Below are positions 1 through 11,000 of a DNA stretch of 64,000 nucleotides, piece by piece. The stretch is from Coprobacillus sp. CAG:698. Its GTDB lineage: Bacteria > Bacillota_I > Bacilli_A > ML615J-28 > CAG-698. The translations under genes were made by a program, and so were the position numbers. The notes below the pieces were generated by a model. It was given only the letters and a program-made list of their open reading frames with translations. It did not search any database and was not told the origin of the DNA. Every line of letters begins with the position of its first letter. Position 1 is the stretch's first letter. The stretch lies in NCBI GenBank assembly GCA_000431235.1, contig HF988734.1, positions 92 to 64,091 on the forward strand. Direction: 5' to 3'.

Positions 1-3000
1 TTACAAGAGATGATAATGCAAAAAGCTATACAGCAATTGTTTATAAAGATAATATTCAATATTCAATAATTGAAAACTTTAATAGTGATCAAGAAATTGT
101 TTTTTCAAGAAGAGGAACTTATCAAATAAAGGTTCAAGCTAAGGGAGACAAAATAAATTACTTAGATTCAGATTATTCGAATGAATATACTATGATATGT
201 AATATAAAAGTATTGTATGTTTCTCAAAATAAAGATGATGATTATAAAACCCTTGATGAAGCAATAAAAAACTGTGAAGATGGGTTCACAATTATGCTTG
301 AGAAAGGAACTTATGACTTAACAATAGTTATTAATAAATCAGTTGTAATAAAAGGAAAAGGAATCAATAACACAACTATTAATGTCAAGAAAGATGTGGC
401 TGGAAACTTAAATGCTAAGACAATCGAGTTTGATGGAGTTACTCTACGAGGAACAGGTGGAGAAGCTACCACTACAGGAGTGTACTTTCAAAATGGAAGT
501 AATTTAACAGAATTTACGGTAAAGAATTCCCATATTACTAGCATGAATACTTTTATAAAATTTGTAAGTGAAAGTAAAAATAAAATTAATATTAATATAT
601 TAAATAGTAAAATTGATTACATAGGTCAATTCTTACTATGGGTAACAAAAAGTATAAATGAAATAAATTTAGATGGAAATGTAATTGATACCTCTACATG
701 TGGAGCAGTTGCGAACGTTAATGCTGCATTATTAAGAGTTAGATCAGGGAAAGCAATTGTATATAACAATGAATTTATTTCTGATGTTCAAGCAATTGAT
801 GGTTTATTTGAATGTGGTGTAAATGGAACATTAGTGAGTGTTAAATATAATACTTTCAAAAATGTAACTAAATTTGTCCATATCAATGATGGAAAAGAAG
901 TTGAATTTGATAAGAACTTATATCTAGATGTAAATGGAAAGTCACTAAGTGAAGTCCCTACACAAGTAACTGGTAATGGTGTGAAAAGCGGTTCTCTAGT
1001 AGCAAGTGATGATGCTCGATTAAATGCATACTTAGATAATAGCAATACGAAATTCATTTTAAAATATGATTTACAAGGCGGAAGATTTGAAGAAAATGTT
1101 AGTAAAATATATGATAGTGAAATAGGTATAAACATCTTACCTATACCAGTTAAAGAAAATCATGCTTTTCTTGGTTGGATGTTAGATGGTAAAATAATTG
1201 AAAAACTACCTAAAAATATACTTAACGATATTACGTTAGTAGCTTCTTGGAAATCAATAGAAGGTGAAATATACATGATAACATATTATACAGAAAAAGG
1301 TGAATGGCCTACAAGAGATGCTAAAGATAGATTTGAAATAATCAACGCTCTTTTACAAGACATATATGAGTGGGCAAAGGATAATGGTTATACAGGTACT
1401 TTTGAAAACTATGAAAAGAGTATTCGTGATAAACTTTCAAAATATGAAGATATAAATATAAGAAGTACAGAAATAGGAGATCGTGCTTATGAAGATGGTA
1501 CAACTAAATATTTCTTGAATATACCTAAATATTATGAAAAATGGAATGAATTCTTTAAAGTATTTGATAAAGCAATGCTTAAAGTAAATGCAACTCAATC
1601 ATTCTATAAAGATACATATGCAACTATGGTACGTTTAAATCAATTTATAGCACAAGATTGGAGCACAGGAAAAGGAAATCAATATTTTGGTTCATTCCTT
1701 CCAGAAATGTATAAAACTGTTCAAATACCTGAAGAAATTCAAAAAACATATCAAAGTGGTCAAAGAGTAATTCTTCCTATATTAACATCTAAAACAGGGA
1801 CTAAGTTCTTAGGCTGGTATGAGACAGAAGACTTTAAAGGAAGTCCAGTTACAGAAATTAAAGTAACTGATTATGGTAATAAATCATTCTATGCAAAGTG
1901 GGAAGAAGAAACAAAAGTTGAAAAAGTAACAATTAATCAAATTAGTGAATTAAAGAGATTTGAAACATATAAATTAGAATGGAATCTTAATCCAAGTAAT
2001 GCTTCTAATAAAGATGTTGAATTTACATCAAGCAATGAAAATGTTGCTTCAGTAACAAGCAAAACAGGACTAATAACAGCTCATACAAATGGTAAAACAG
2101 TAATCACTATGAAAGTGTTTGGAAACCGTGAACTTGATGTTAAGTTTGAACTTGAAGTTTATACTCCATCATATGTTACTGGTAAATTTGTGGATAATTC
2201 GTATGTTGTTGAGAATGAAACAATTAAAATAGATGCTGAAGTTAATAATTCTAATGATAAAATTATTTGGTCAACAAGTGATAATTCTATTGCCGTTGTT
2301 GATGAAAATGGCGTAGTTACAGGCTTAAAGGCAGGAAACGTAGTTATAAAGGCAACTTCTGAAAGAAATAATGATTTAGTAATGGAATTTACAGTTACAA
2401 TTATTTCACCATCATCAAGTAATATTTTAAAGTTTATTGCTAGCGAAAACAATGCTAATATATTTACAGAATTAGGCCTTACAATTGGTGGAACATATGA
2501 TGCTGATATTTATGGTAGTGTAAGTAAAATACTTAATGAAAAGTTTGCTGTTAATGATAAATATTATGCAGTCCAACAAGAAAAAGATAGTAATGGCAAT
2601 TATGTAAAGAAAAACTTTGGACCTGTAAAAGATAGTACAGAATTTATCACAGTTCACTATACAGGTAATATGTCTAAAGGTGCTGATGGAGCTGCTAATG
2701 CCTCATACTTTTCTAATGGCGGTTCGGGAACATCAATTCATTATGTAACTGGAAATGATGGAATATATTCTTCGTTAGATGAGAAGTTTGTTGGTTTCCA
2801 TGCTGGCGATGGAAGAGATGTAAAATTTGAATGGAGTCCTACAGGAGTTAAATATAATACAAACGATCCGAAGACTCCAAAATGGGGAATATCAAGTGAT
2901 TCTTACTTTACAATTAATGGCAATAAAACTACAATTAAAACACCATATGATGGTCCATACAAAAATAGTAAAGGAACTATAACTTATCCAGGAAATGGAC

Positions 3001-3554
3001 AAGTAACAGACAGTAAATGGATTAATAATATGGGATTAGCTTATAAGATTGTAGATGGTGAATACTATATGGGTACAACTTGGTGGTGCCATACACAAAT
3101 TCTTGAAGGAAGAATTTGTTCTAAAGGCGGAAACAATAATTCTATAGGAATTGAATCTTGTGTTAACCAAGGAAGTGATTTGTGGTATACATGGCAAAAA
3201 ACAGCACAATTAGTTGCTGATATAATGATTAGGCATAATCTTGATATTACAAGAGTTGTAGGACATCACTTCTTCAGTGCTAAAAATTGTCCTCAACCTA
3301 TGCTTGAAAATGATTTAAGAATATGGCATGAATTTATCAAACTTGTTGAAGCTGAATATGAAAAGATGACAACATATAAAGATTACGAAATAACATTCAT
3401 ATCAAATAATCCTAACATAGTTGATAACCGTGGACGTGTCATAAGTGTTCCAGAATTTACAACATGTGTAACATATACTGTTACGGTAAAGAAAGGAAAT
3501 GACATTCAAAAAATCACATTATCGTCAATTGTTCCAGGAAAATATGAAATGTAA
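1..3554 (+). CDS. 5'-truncated giant secreted cell-wall hydrolase. It has right-handed beta-helix (pectate-lyase-like) repeats, two Listeria-Bacteroides (Flg_new) repeats, two Big_2 Ig-like domains and a C-terminal Amidase_2/PGRP-type N-acetylmuramoyl-L-alanine amidase domain.
   Basis: The reading frame is open from position 3 with no upstream stop, so the true start lies before the window. Motifs seen: GWMLDGKII...LVASWK and FLGWYETEDF...YAKWEE (Flg_new); VASVTSKTGLITA and IAVVDENGVVTGLKAGNVVIKATS (Big_2); GNNNSIGIE...VVGHHFFSAKNCPQP (Amidase_2 signature). Confidence 0.7.
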   Translation, partial: TRDDNAKSYTAIVYKDNIQYSIIENFNSDQEIVFSRRGTYQIKVQAKGDKINYLDSDYSNEYTMICNIKVLYVSQNKDDDYKTLDEAIKNCEDGFTIMLEKGTYDLTIVINKSVVIKGKGINNTTINVKKDVAGNLNAKTIEFDGVTLRGTGGEATTTGVYFQNGSNLTEFTVKNSHITSMNTFIKFVSESKNKININILNSKIDYIGQFLLWVTKSINEINLDGNVIDTSTCGAVANVNAALLRVRSGKAIVYNNEFISDVQAIDGLFECGVNGTLVSVKYNTFKNVTKFVHINDGKEVEFDKNLYLDVNGKSLSEVPTQVTGNGVKSGSLVASDDARLNAYLDNSNTKFILKYDLQGGRFEENVSKIYDSEIGINILPIPVKENHAFLGWMLDGKIIEKLPKNILNDITLVASWKSIEGEIYMITYYTEKGEWPTRDAKDRFEIINALLQDIYEWAKDNGYTGTFENYEKSIRDKLSKYEDINIRSTEIGDRAYEDGTTKYFLNIPKYYEKWNEFFKVFDKAMLKVNATQSFYKDTYATMVRLNQFIAQDWSTGKGNQYFGSFLPEMYKTVQIPEEIQKTYQSGQRVILPILTSKTGTKFLGWYETEDFKGSPVTEIKVTDYGNKSFYAKWEEETKVEKVTINQISELKRFETYKLEWNLNPSNASNKDVEFTSSNENVASVTSKTGLITAHTNGKTVITMKVFGNRELDVKFELEVYTPSYVTGKFVDNSYVVENETIKIDAEVNNSNDKIIWSTSDNSIAVVDENGVVTGLKAGNVVIKATSERNNDLVMEFTVTIISPSSSNILKFIASENNANIFTELGLTIGGTYDADIYGSVSKILNEKFAVNDKYYAVQQEKDSNGNYVKKNFGPVKDSTEFITVHYTGNMSKGADGAANASYFSNGGSGTSIHYVTGNDGIYSSLDEKFVGFHAGDGRDVKFEWSPTGVKYNTNDPKTPKWGISSDSYFTINGNKTTIKTPYDGPYKNSKGTITYPGNGQVTDSKWINNMGLAYKIVDGEYYMGTTWWCHTQILEGRICSKGGNNNSIGIESCVNQGSDLWYTWQKTAQLVADIMIRHNLDITRVVGHHFFSAKNCPQPMLENDLRIWHEFIKLVEAEYEKMTTYKDYEITFISNNPNIVDNRGRVISVPEFTTCVTYTVTVKKGNDIQKITLSSIVPGKYEM

Positions 3555-3559
3555 TGAAT

Positions 3560-3590
3560 AACGCTCTAACTTGTTAGGGCGCTTTTCTTT
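3560..3590 (+). terminator. Rho-independent terminator after the hydrolase gene.
   Basis: Stem CGCTCTAAC/GTTAGGGCG (one G-U wobble) followed by CTTTTCTTT. Confidence 0.55.
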
Positions 3591-3600
3591 ATGTGAATAC

Positions 3601-3629
3601 TTGAGTTTATTTAGTAAATATGTTATAAT
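3601..3629 (+). promoter_or_regulatory. Sigma-A type promoter: TTGAGT, 17 nt, then TGtTATAAT (extended -10).
   Basis: Read directly from the sequence, 24 nt upstream of the RBS AAAGGAG of the 3653 gene. Confidence 0.5.
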
Positions 3630-3652
3630 AAATTAGAAAAAGGAGCTATTTT

Positions 3653-5734
3653 ATGAATAATTTAAAGAAAACAATATCATTTATACTTGCATTATTATTA
3701 ATAGTTTTTTTAGGAGCATGTAATTCTAAAATTTATACTATTGAAGAAGTATATAATGGAACTAGTGATACATATACAATTAATGCAAAGTGTGAATACG
3801 TGTCAAATTCTTATATAATCTTTAGAGATGATACAGGAATATTAGTGTATAAAACTAGTAATGAAAATGTAGATGTTAACACAAGTAAATGCTATAAAAT
3901 AAAAATAAAAGTTAATGAAATAAATAATATTAAACAGATAACTAAAATTACTCAAATTGACTTGATTGATACATTTGCTGTAAAAGATGAGCAAATTGAA
4001 AAAGTTGATAAAAACTTTTCAGTAGATGTAAACAAAACAAGTAAAATTGAAATAAGCGGTTATGTAGAATACAATGATATATTTTATGTAAATAATAAAT
4101 ATTTAGATATAAAAGCTTATACTGAAAATGCATTTGATAGTACAAAGCTTGAAGTAATGTATGATAGATATGTAAAAGTAAAAGGATATGTTGTTGGAAT
4201 AAAAGATAATTCAATGCTTGACTTAGCCATTACTTCTGTTGAGGAAAGCTTTGATATGGGTGAAGATACATCAATGTTAGATCTTCATATATTGGAAATG
4301 AATGATACTCATGGATATTGTATGCAAGATGAAAACGGTAAAAATGGTTTAAGCAATATGGCTTATATAATTAACCAAATAAGAGAAGAATCTAATGAAA
4401 ACACAGTTTTAATCGCTAATGGAGATATGTTCCAGGGAACTGCTTTGTCTAATATAACTTATGGAAAAGCAATGGTTGAAATTATGAATGCAATGAAAGT
4501 TGATTGTATGACTTTAGGTAATCATGAATTTGATTGGGGAATTGAAAAAGTCTTACAATATTTTGATAAAGATTTAAGTAATGGTGAAGCAAACTTTCAA
4601 CTTTTAAATGCTAATGTTTATAAAAATGGAGGCACGTTACTTACTGTAGAGAATGGAAATGTTTTTGAAAGTACAATTATTAACCGTTCTGGAATTAATA
4701 TTGGTGTTATAGGATGTATTGGCGATGTTTATACATCAATTAATTATTTACGTGTGAAAGATTATTATTTTGAAAATAACATAGAAAATACTGTTTCTAA
4801 AATAGGAACAAAATTAAAAGATGAAGGCTGTGACATTATAGTTGTTGCAGTTCATGGAGGAAACTCTAGTGGTGTTGAAAACTATGTTGTTAATAACAAA
4901 TTAGCTAGTCTTAAATATAAAGAAGGATATCTAGTTGATGCCGTAATTAATGGGCATACTCATACAAAACAAAATGGATATATTGAGAGAACTAGTGGTT
5001 TAAAATTACCAGTTGTTCAAGCTGGATGTAATGGTAAAGCTTTAGGTGATATAGTTTTAAAAGTTGATGAAAAATCTAAAAAAGTTATTGCTTCAGTAAT
5101 TAAAAGCCATAACGTTTATGAAGCCGATACAAACTATGATGATAAAGTTGAGGAAGTTGTTAGAAAGCAAAGAAAAGAAAACGAAAGTGAGTTGAGTGAA
5201 GTATATTCTGTGGCTGGCGAAACTATCGAAACACAATATGATTTAATTCCATGGGTAGGAAATGTGTTAGTAAGTGGAACGGGTGCTGATGTCGCTGTTT
5301 GTAATACAGGGGGTTTAAGATCGAATGGAAACATCAAAAAAGGAAGTAATATTACTATTGAAAATATGTATATGATTAATCCGTTTGATAATGAAATAAT
5401 TCTTGTGAAAGTTAAGGGAAACTTATTAGCACAGTTTATGCAAAACGGAAAAATGTTCTTTGGAAAAAAGGAAAATCTAGGAGAACTAGAAATGAATACA
5501 GAATACCTAGTTGCTGTAGTTGATTATGTTTATTATGGAGGTGATTTTCCTCAAAATGAAACTGCTTATTCTACAGGAATTATTATGCGAGATTTACTTA
5601 TAGAAGATATTAAATTGCACTCTGTCTTTAGTCCAATTCGAGATCCTAAAGCTAAAATAACTGTTAAAGAGAACAAAATCCAAACTAATATTTATTATAA
5701 AAAGGAAGATTTATATGAAAATTATTGTTATTGA
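3653..5734 (+). CDS. Lipoprotein in the bifunctional metallophosphatase/5'-nucleotidase family, with an N-terminal OB-like domain, a calcineurin-like phosphoesterase domain and a 5'-nucleotidase C-terminal domain.
   Basis: Signal peptide with lipobox LGAC. Motifs GNHEFDWG and NGHTHT. RBS AAAGGAG. Confidence 0.8.
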   Translation: MNNLKKTISFILALLLIVFLGACNSKIYTIEEVYNGTSDTYTINAKCEYVSNSYIIFRDDTGILVYKTSNENVDVNTSKCYKIKIKVNEINNIKQITKITQIDLIDTFAVKDEQIEKVDKNFSVDVNKTSKIEISGYVEYNDIFYVNNKYLDIKAYTENAFDSTKLEVMYDRYVKVKGYVVGIKDNSMLDLAITSVEESFDMGEDTSMLDLHILEMNDTHGYCMQDENGKNGLSNMAYIINQIREESNENTVLIANGDMFQGTALSNITYGKAMVEIMNAMKVDCMTLGNHEFDWGIEKVLQYFDKDLSNGEANFQLLNANVYKNGGTLLTVENGNVFESTIINRSGINIGVIGCIGDVYTSINYLRVKDYYFENNIENTVSKIGTKLKDEGCDIIVVAVHGGNSSGVENYVVNNKLASLKYKEGYLVDAVINGHTHTKQNGYIERTSGLKLPVVQAGCNGKALGDIVLKVDEKSKKVIASVIKSHNVYEADTNYDDKVEEVVRKQRKENESELSEVYSVAGETIETQYDLIPWVGNVLVSGTGADVAVCNTGGLRSNGNIKKGSNITIENMYMINPFDNEIILVKVKGNLLAQFMQNGKMFFGKKENLGELEMNTEYLVAVVDYVYYGGDFPQNETAYSTGIIMRDLLIEDIKLHSVFSPIRDPKAKITVKENKIQTNIYYKKEDLYENYCY

Positions 5735-6116
5735 TGGCCAAGGAGGAAAGCTTGGATACGAAATAATTAGTGCGCTAAATAAATGTGAGATTGATAGTGA
5801 GATAATAGCTATTGGAACGAATGCAATTGCAACCCAAGCTATGCTTAAAGCAAAACCTACTTTTGCGGCAACAGGTGAAAATCCGGTAGTTGTTAATACA
5901 AAAAATGCTGATTATATTATAGGACCAATTGGGATAGTGATTGCTGACTCTTTGTTTGGGGAAATAACTAGCACAATGGCTTTGGCAATTTCCAAATCAA
6001 ACGCTAAAAGAATATTAATACCGATAAATAAATGCAATAATTTACTAGTTGGTGTAAAAGACAATACTTTAGATGATAAAATTACTGAAGTAATTAGAAT
6101 ATTAAAAACAAAATAA
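5715..6116 (+). CDS. Small conserved protein, DUF3842-like, of unknown function.
   Basis: MKIIVIDGQGGKLG...IIAIGTNAIAT...ATGENPVV pattern. Its start overlaps the upstream gene by 20 nt, suggesting translational coupling. Confidence 0.5.
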   Translation: MKIIVIDGQGGKLGYEIISALNKCEIDSEIIAIGTNAIATQAMLKAKPTFAATGENPVVVNTKNADYIIGPIGIVIADSLFGEITSTMALAISKSNAKRILIPINKCNNLLVGVKDNTLDDKITEVIRILKTK

Positions 6117-6119
6117 GTA

Positions 6120-6148
6120 TTGCCAAAAATAAATTGATATGATAGAAT
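6120..6148 (+). promoter_or_regulatory. Sigma-A promoter: TTGCCA, 17 nt, then TGaTAGAAT.
   Basis: Good -35 and extended -10. Drives a leader of about 110 nt ahead of the 6264 gene. Confidence 0.55.
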
Positions 6149-6154
6149 ATTATC

Positions 6155-6263
6155 GTAATGCATCATGAAGGTGCGAAGAAAAGGTTATTAAAAGAATAAA
6201 TATATTCATGAAGAATATCAATACTTTTTTGTATTGATATTTTTTTGATTTAAGGAGGCAAAA
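6155..6263 (+). promoter_or_regulatory. Structured 5' leader with an intrinsic terminator immediately upstream of the transporter gene. It is a candidate riboswitch or attenuator.
   Basis: Hairpin ATATTC-atgaa-GAATAT at 6202-6218 abuts the terminator ATCAATAC-TTTTTT-GTATTGAT plus ATTTTTTT at 6217-6247, then the RBS AAGGAGG. Confidence 0.4.
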
Positions 6264-6800
6264 ATGAAACAAACAAAAATTTTTAAAATCACATTATCTG
6301 GATTATTACTAGCATTAGGAATAGTATTACCATTCCTTACTGGTATGCAATTAGGATCTGTTCTTTGTCCTATGCATATTCCTATCTTACTATGCGGAAT
6401 TATTTGCGGATGGCAGTATGGATTATTAATTGGCATAATTTGTCCACTTTTACGAAGTGTAATAGTGGGAATGCCTCCAATTTATCCTACAGCGATAAGT
6501 ATGAGTGTAGAACTTGGTATATATGGATTTGTAAGTGGCTTTTTATTTGAAAAGTTAAAGAATAAAAACCTTAATCTATTATTAGTATGTTTTATATCAC
6601 TTATATCAGCTCAACTTTTAGGTAGACTTGGATGGGGTTTAGTTCGTTTTATTATGGGATTAATTGATAAAACTAATGTCTTTACTTTTAATGCATTTTT
6701 ATCAGGAGCATTTATAGTAGCATGGCCAGGAATACTTGTCCAATTAATAATAATTCCAATACTAATAATTAGTTTAAATAAAGCAGGATACATAAAATAA
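6264..6800 (+). CDS. Small polytopic membrane protein resembling an ECF-transporter S (substrate-capture) component. Substrate unknown; there is some resemblance to ThiW/QueT-type S components.
   Basis: 178 aa with 5-6 TM helices. CPMHIPILLCGIICGWQYG and PLLRSVIVG motifs. Strong RBS AAGGAGG. Confidence 0.5.
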   Translation: MKQTKIFKITLSGLLLALGIVLPFLTGMQLGSVLCPMHIPILLCGIICGWQYGLLIGIICPLLRSVIVGMPPIYPTAISMSVELGIYGFVSGFLFEKLKNKNLNLLLVCFISLISAQLLGRLGWGLVRFIMGLIDKTNVFTFNAFLSGAFIVAWPGILVQLIIIPILIISLNKAGYIK

Positions 6801-6801
6801 A

Positions 6802-6838
6802 AAGTCCTATGACGGTTGTCATAAGACTTCTTTTTTTA
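6802..6838. terminator. Bidirectional terminator between the convergent transporter gene and clpP.
   Basis: AAGTCcTATGAC-ggtt-GTCATAaGACTT flanked by an A-run and a T-run. Confidence 0.6.
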
Positions 6839-7414
6839 TTTTTTCTCAACAATTTTATCAATTAAACCATAATCTAAAGCTTCACTAGCAGACATAAAAT
6901 AATCACGTTCAGTATCAGCACTAACTTGAGCTAATGTCTTTCCTGTGTTAGAAGCAAGAATCGAATTAAGTCTTTCCTTAACACGTAAAATATTCTTAGC
7001 ATGAATTTCAATATCCGTAGCTTGACCTTGATAACCACCAAGAACTTGATGAATCATTATTTCACTATTTGGAAGACTATAACGTTTGCCTTTAGCTCCT
7101 GAAGATAATAAGAATGCTCCCATACTTGCTGCGTAACCTAAGCAAATAGTGCATACATCAGGTTTAATATAATTCATAGTATCATATATTGCCATTCCCG
7201 CAGTTACAGAACCTCCAGGAGAACATATATACAAAGAAATATCTTTATCGGGATCTTCAGCTGCCAAAAATAATAATTGTGCAATAACAGAATTTGCAAG
7301 ATTATCATCGATTTCCCCACTTAAAAGAACAATACGATCTTTTAATAAACGTGAGTAAATATCATATGACCTTTCCCCATTAGAAGTTTTTTCAATTACA
7401 TAAGGTATATACAT
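6836..7414 (-). CDS. clpP: ATP-dependent Clp protease proteolytic subunit.
   Basis: Full-length match to the ClpP fold (…[16 protein letters not shown]…[11 protein letters not shown]…), with catalytic Ser-His context. RBS AAAGGAGG. Confidence 0.95.
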   Translation of the reverse strand: MYIPYVIEKTSNGERSYDIYSRLLKDRIVLLSGEIDDNLANSVIAQLLFLAAEDPDKDISLYICSPGGSVTAGMAIYDTMNYIKPDVCTICLGYAASMGAFLLSSGAKGKRYSLPNSEIMIHQVLGGYQGQATDIEIHAKNILRVKERLNSILASNTGKTLAQVSADTERDYFMSASEALDYGLIDKIVEKK

Positions 7415-7541
7415 ATAAAATTTCCTCCTTTTTTTATATTAATAGTATATAATAATTCTTTGCAAAAGTAAAGCAAAAATACAAGGTATACGCACATTCA
7501 CAAAAATTTAGTAAACATATAATGTAATGGGAGGTGAAAGA

Positions 7542-7796
7542 ATGAACGGAAACTTCAATCAAAATGTTACTGTTAATCCACCAATTGTTACAAGACAAAC
7601 TAATGTAGTTAATAGATATTTTTATATTGATCAACCACATATTTGTGAAATGGAGACACAATATGTAAATCATTACATTAAACGTCACAAATTTATTCCT
7701 AAATATACATGTTGCGAGAAAAACGTATATTGTGAAGAAAATTGTGGATGCTGCCCTGGTATGAATCAAGGCATGAATAATATTAATAATCAATAA
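7542..7796 (+). CDS. Small Cys-rich protein, a possible spore coat protein (CotD-like is a guess).
   Basis: RBS GGGAGGTGA then ATG at 7542; the listed ORF start 7527 lies inside the RBS. C-terminus is CCEKNVYCEENCGCCPG. Confidence 0.45.
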   Translation: MNGNFNQNVTVNPPIVTRQTNVVNRYFYIDQPHICEMETQYVNHYIKRHKFIPKYTCCEKNVYCEENCGCCPGMNQGMNNINNQ

Positions 7797-7831
7797 TATA
7801 TTATATCTAATAACTTAAAATTTATTACAAA

Positions 7832-7870
7832 GGAAGGAAACAAGTTGAAAAACTTGTTTTTTCCTTTATA
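7832..7870 (+). terminator. Rho-independent terminator.
   Basis: GGAAGGAAACAAGTT-gaaa-AACTTGTTTTTTCCTT. Confidence 0.55.
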
Positions 7871-8060
7871 AATGTGTCTCATATAATAGTAATAAAAGTT
7901 AACTAAAGAAAATATAATTAATATATTAATTTCATATTGAACTTGCATAAATAATTGCCTTTTAAGTTAAAGTATGATAAAATAAAATAAACAAAAGTTA
8001 ATAAATTGTATAAATACCATAAAAAGGTAAATAATAATCTATCATAAGGGGGAGTATTCT

Positions 8061-11000
8061 ATGGATAGTATTAATATGCCAACTTGGCTAACGCCATCAT
8101 TTGTAGCTACTGGACTGACAATTTTAAGTATTGTAGTTATTCTCATAGGTTTTTTGATTGGATTTATTAGAGGCACGTATCGCGCAAGTTATCGTTTTAT
8201 TGTTTCAATAGTTGTTATATTGGGCCTATGGTTAATCATGCCGATATTCACAAACAAACTGTTATCACTTGATTTACACAAATTTAATTTAGAGATAATA
8301 AATGTAACAGGTTATAAATCTGTTGAAGGATTTCAAGTGAACTCAGTAAAAGATGCTGTGGATATATATTCACGTGTTCTTTTAGGCTTAACAACAGAAA
8401 ACGAAGGAGTATTAATCCTTAAAGAAACAAATATAAATATTGGCGAAACAATGATATATCAAACACTTATAAGTGCTGTTGAGATGTTATTAAGAGCTGC
8501 GTTGCTTCTTGTTATTATTATATTAAATTGGACATTATTTAGATTTATCTTCTTTATTGTTTATTTGTGTACTAAACCAAAGAGAGAAAATAAATATCAA
8601 AAGAAAAAAACAATGAAATCAAGATTAATTGGTTCACTAATTGGAACTGTTAATATGATTTGTATTTTATTAATAGTATGTATACCTCTTTCAGGAGTCT
8701 TTTCATTAGCTGAAAGTTCAGTTAAATTAATTGAGACTGAAGAAAGTGATGTTATCAAATTAAGTTTAAACAAAGAAGTTATTGATTTAGATGAGAATCC
8801 AGACTTCGTTGAATTTGCTAACGAAAATAAAGAATGGGTATATGTCTATCGTAAAACATTCTTAGGAAAAATTTTTGGAATTAAAGTAAGCAAAGATACG
8901 CCGTTAGATTGTGCACTATTTGATGGAATCTTCTCATTCAAAGCTGGAGGAGAAAAAATAGCTCTAAGAAAAGAATTAGATGTATGTCTAAAGGCTATGG
9001 AACCATTAAAAGATGAGATAATAATACCTTTAATTAAAAATGAAAATACTGCAACTATTTTAGATAATTTATCTAGTGATACGATAAAGAATTCATTAGA
9101 CAAGTTATCAGAACTAAAACTAGTCAATGCTGTAGTAAATGTTGGTTTAAATACGGGAATCATAATTGCTAAAAACGATGGTGAGATCTTCAAAGAATAT
9201 GTAAACTTAAAAGATATCTTACTAAGATTAGAAGGTAAAGAAATAAATGCCTCTGAATTATTACGAGAAATTGGTGATCTATCTGAAGCTATTTTAACAC
9301 TTACAAAAAGCAGTGGATATAAAATCAGTGAGTTACTTTCAGAAGACAATGGAAATACAGTTTCTAAACTTGTTGATATACTATTAAAAGTTGATACAAA
9401 TGTAGTCACAAATGTATTTGATGCCATTTCTAAAATTGAATTAATTGACTTAATCCAAGAAATTACTTTTCCAACTCTTGAAGATTATCTCAACAATAAC
9501 GAGAATTTAAATAGAATAATTTTATTATATCCAAAAGTTACTTTAGATGAAAACTATTTAGTTATAAATGGTATTAAAACTAATATTTTGTGGGATAAAG
9601 ATACATTAGAGAACATATCGTTTAAAGTTAGTAAAGATAACAAATGGATTGTTGATGGAAAAGAGACTAATTTAGATGCTAGTGGTAGTATTTTTAAAAT
9701 AAAACTTGATGGAATAAAATTAACAGATGAAGTTAAAAACATAGGCTCTTTATACAAAGCCTTTAAAGATTTAGATATTAATTCATTTAGTCAAATTCAA
9801 CTTTTAATTGAAAAAGGACAAGTTGAAGGAAGCTATGATCTAGAAAAAGCAACATATGATAAAATAGATAACTTATTTAAGAGTTTATTGGACTTTAAAA
9901 TTATTAGTAATTGTAAAGATAATATATATGCTATTTTAAATAATATGTTACCAAATGAGTATCGTAATTTGCTCAGTAGATGTAAATTTGATAGTGAAGA
10001 TTTAGCATCACTTGTGTATGCAGGTAAAGTAGTTGCAAGCACAGGAGTAATTTGGGATATAGATGGAAAATTAAAAACCGATGGAAACATCGATTATACA
10101 AAGGTTTATACTATTTTCAATAGTATAAAAGATGAATTATCAGAAAATCTAGCTAAATCAAGTATTATTGTTGAGAACATAAATACGGTGGCAAGCTACG
10201 CACTTAGTGTTTTTGCTCCAGATATGAAATTAGATTTTGCTTCTGTTGACTGGAAGAATAATAGTAAAGAAGAACTTAATAAACTATTTAATGTTTTGAA
10301 TGTATGTTTAAAACATGGCAATAAAATCACTTCAGATTTTTATAGTTTAACAGATGAAGAAATTGATGAAATAGCTAATGTATTAAAAGAAAATATTGCT
10401 ACTTCAGATTTATTAAAGAAGAATATGAATAATATAGTATCTGTAGTTTCAAATTTAGAATCACTAAAAGAACTAAATGCAACAATTGCTCCTCTTGATG
10501 AAGATGAATGGACTACCGAAGAATTAGATAGTATATTTGATTCAGTGAAAATAATCGTTAAGATGGTTAAAGCTTCTAGCGGAGATCAAAACAATCTTTT
10601 AGTCACTCTATTGAAACTAAATGAAAATGATATAAATACTATTTTGGATTCAAAATTCATATCATTAAATATTGTTTACAACTTATGTGCTCAAGCAAGT
10701 GAAGGTGGATTACTTTACGAAAAAGTAATTATTAACCTTGATAGAGATGATCCTTCTTGGTATGGAGATGAAGGTGAATTAAAAACAATATTATCAAATG
10801 CAATTAAATTAATTGATGGAGTGGATAATTTAGAAAACACAGATGAAGCTGTGGAAAAAATCGTTAAAAATATTTCTAAATTAAATAGCAACTTCAAGAA
10901 AGAAAATGATGATATTGGAAAACTTTTGTCAAGTAGTGTAATTTCTGATACGTTAATTTACTATTTAGAAAACCTTGATAAGTTCTTAGGTAAAGAAATC

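Noticed and set aside
1-191. Treating positions 1-191 as intergenic with the first gene starting at ATG 192.
   Set aside because: The frame is open from position 3 with no stop (TRDDNAKSYTAIVYKDN...), and the encoded sequence is protein-like. The gene therefore enters the window already in progress.
6155-6263. Assigning the transporter leader to the TPP riboswitch class (because the downstream protein resembles ThiW-type S components).
   Set aside because: No CUGAGA/ACCUGA-type TPP core motifs are visible, so the class is left undetermined.
6365-6550. 61-aa + strand ORF in an alternative frame inside the S-component-like gene, and a 72-aa minus ORF at 6218-6436.
   Set aside because: They overlap a well-supported membrane-protein ORF that has a strong RBS. 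They have no independent signals.
7434-7793. 119-aa minus-strand ORF overlapping the small Cys-rich gene and the clpP upstream region.
   Set aside because: It has no RBS and spans a promoter or intergenic region. The + strand gene has a perfect GGGAGGTGA RBS.
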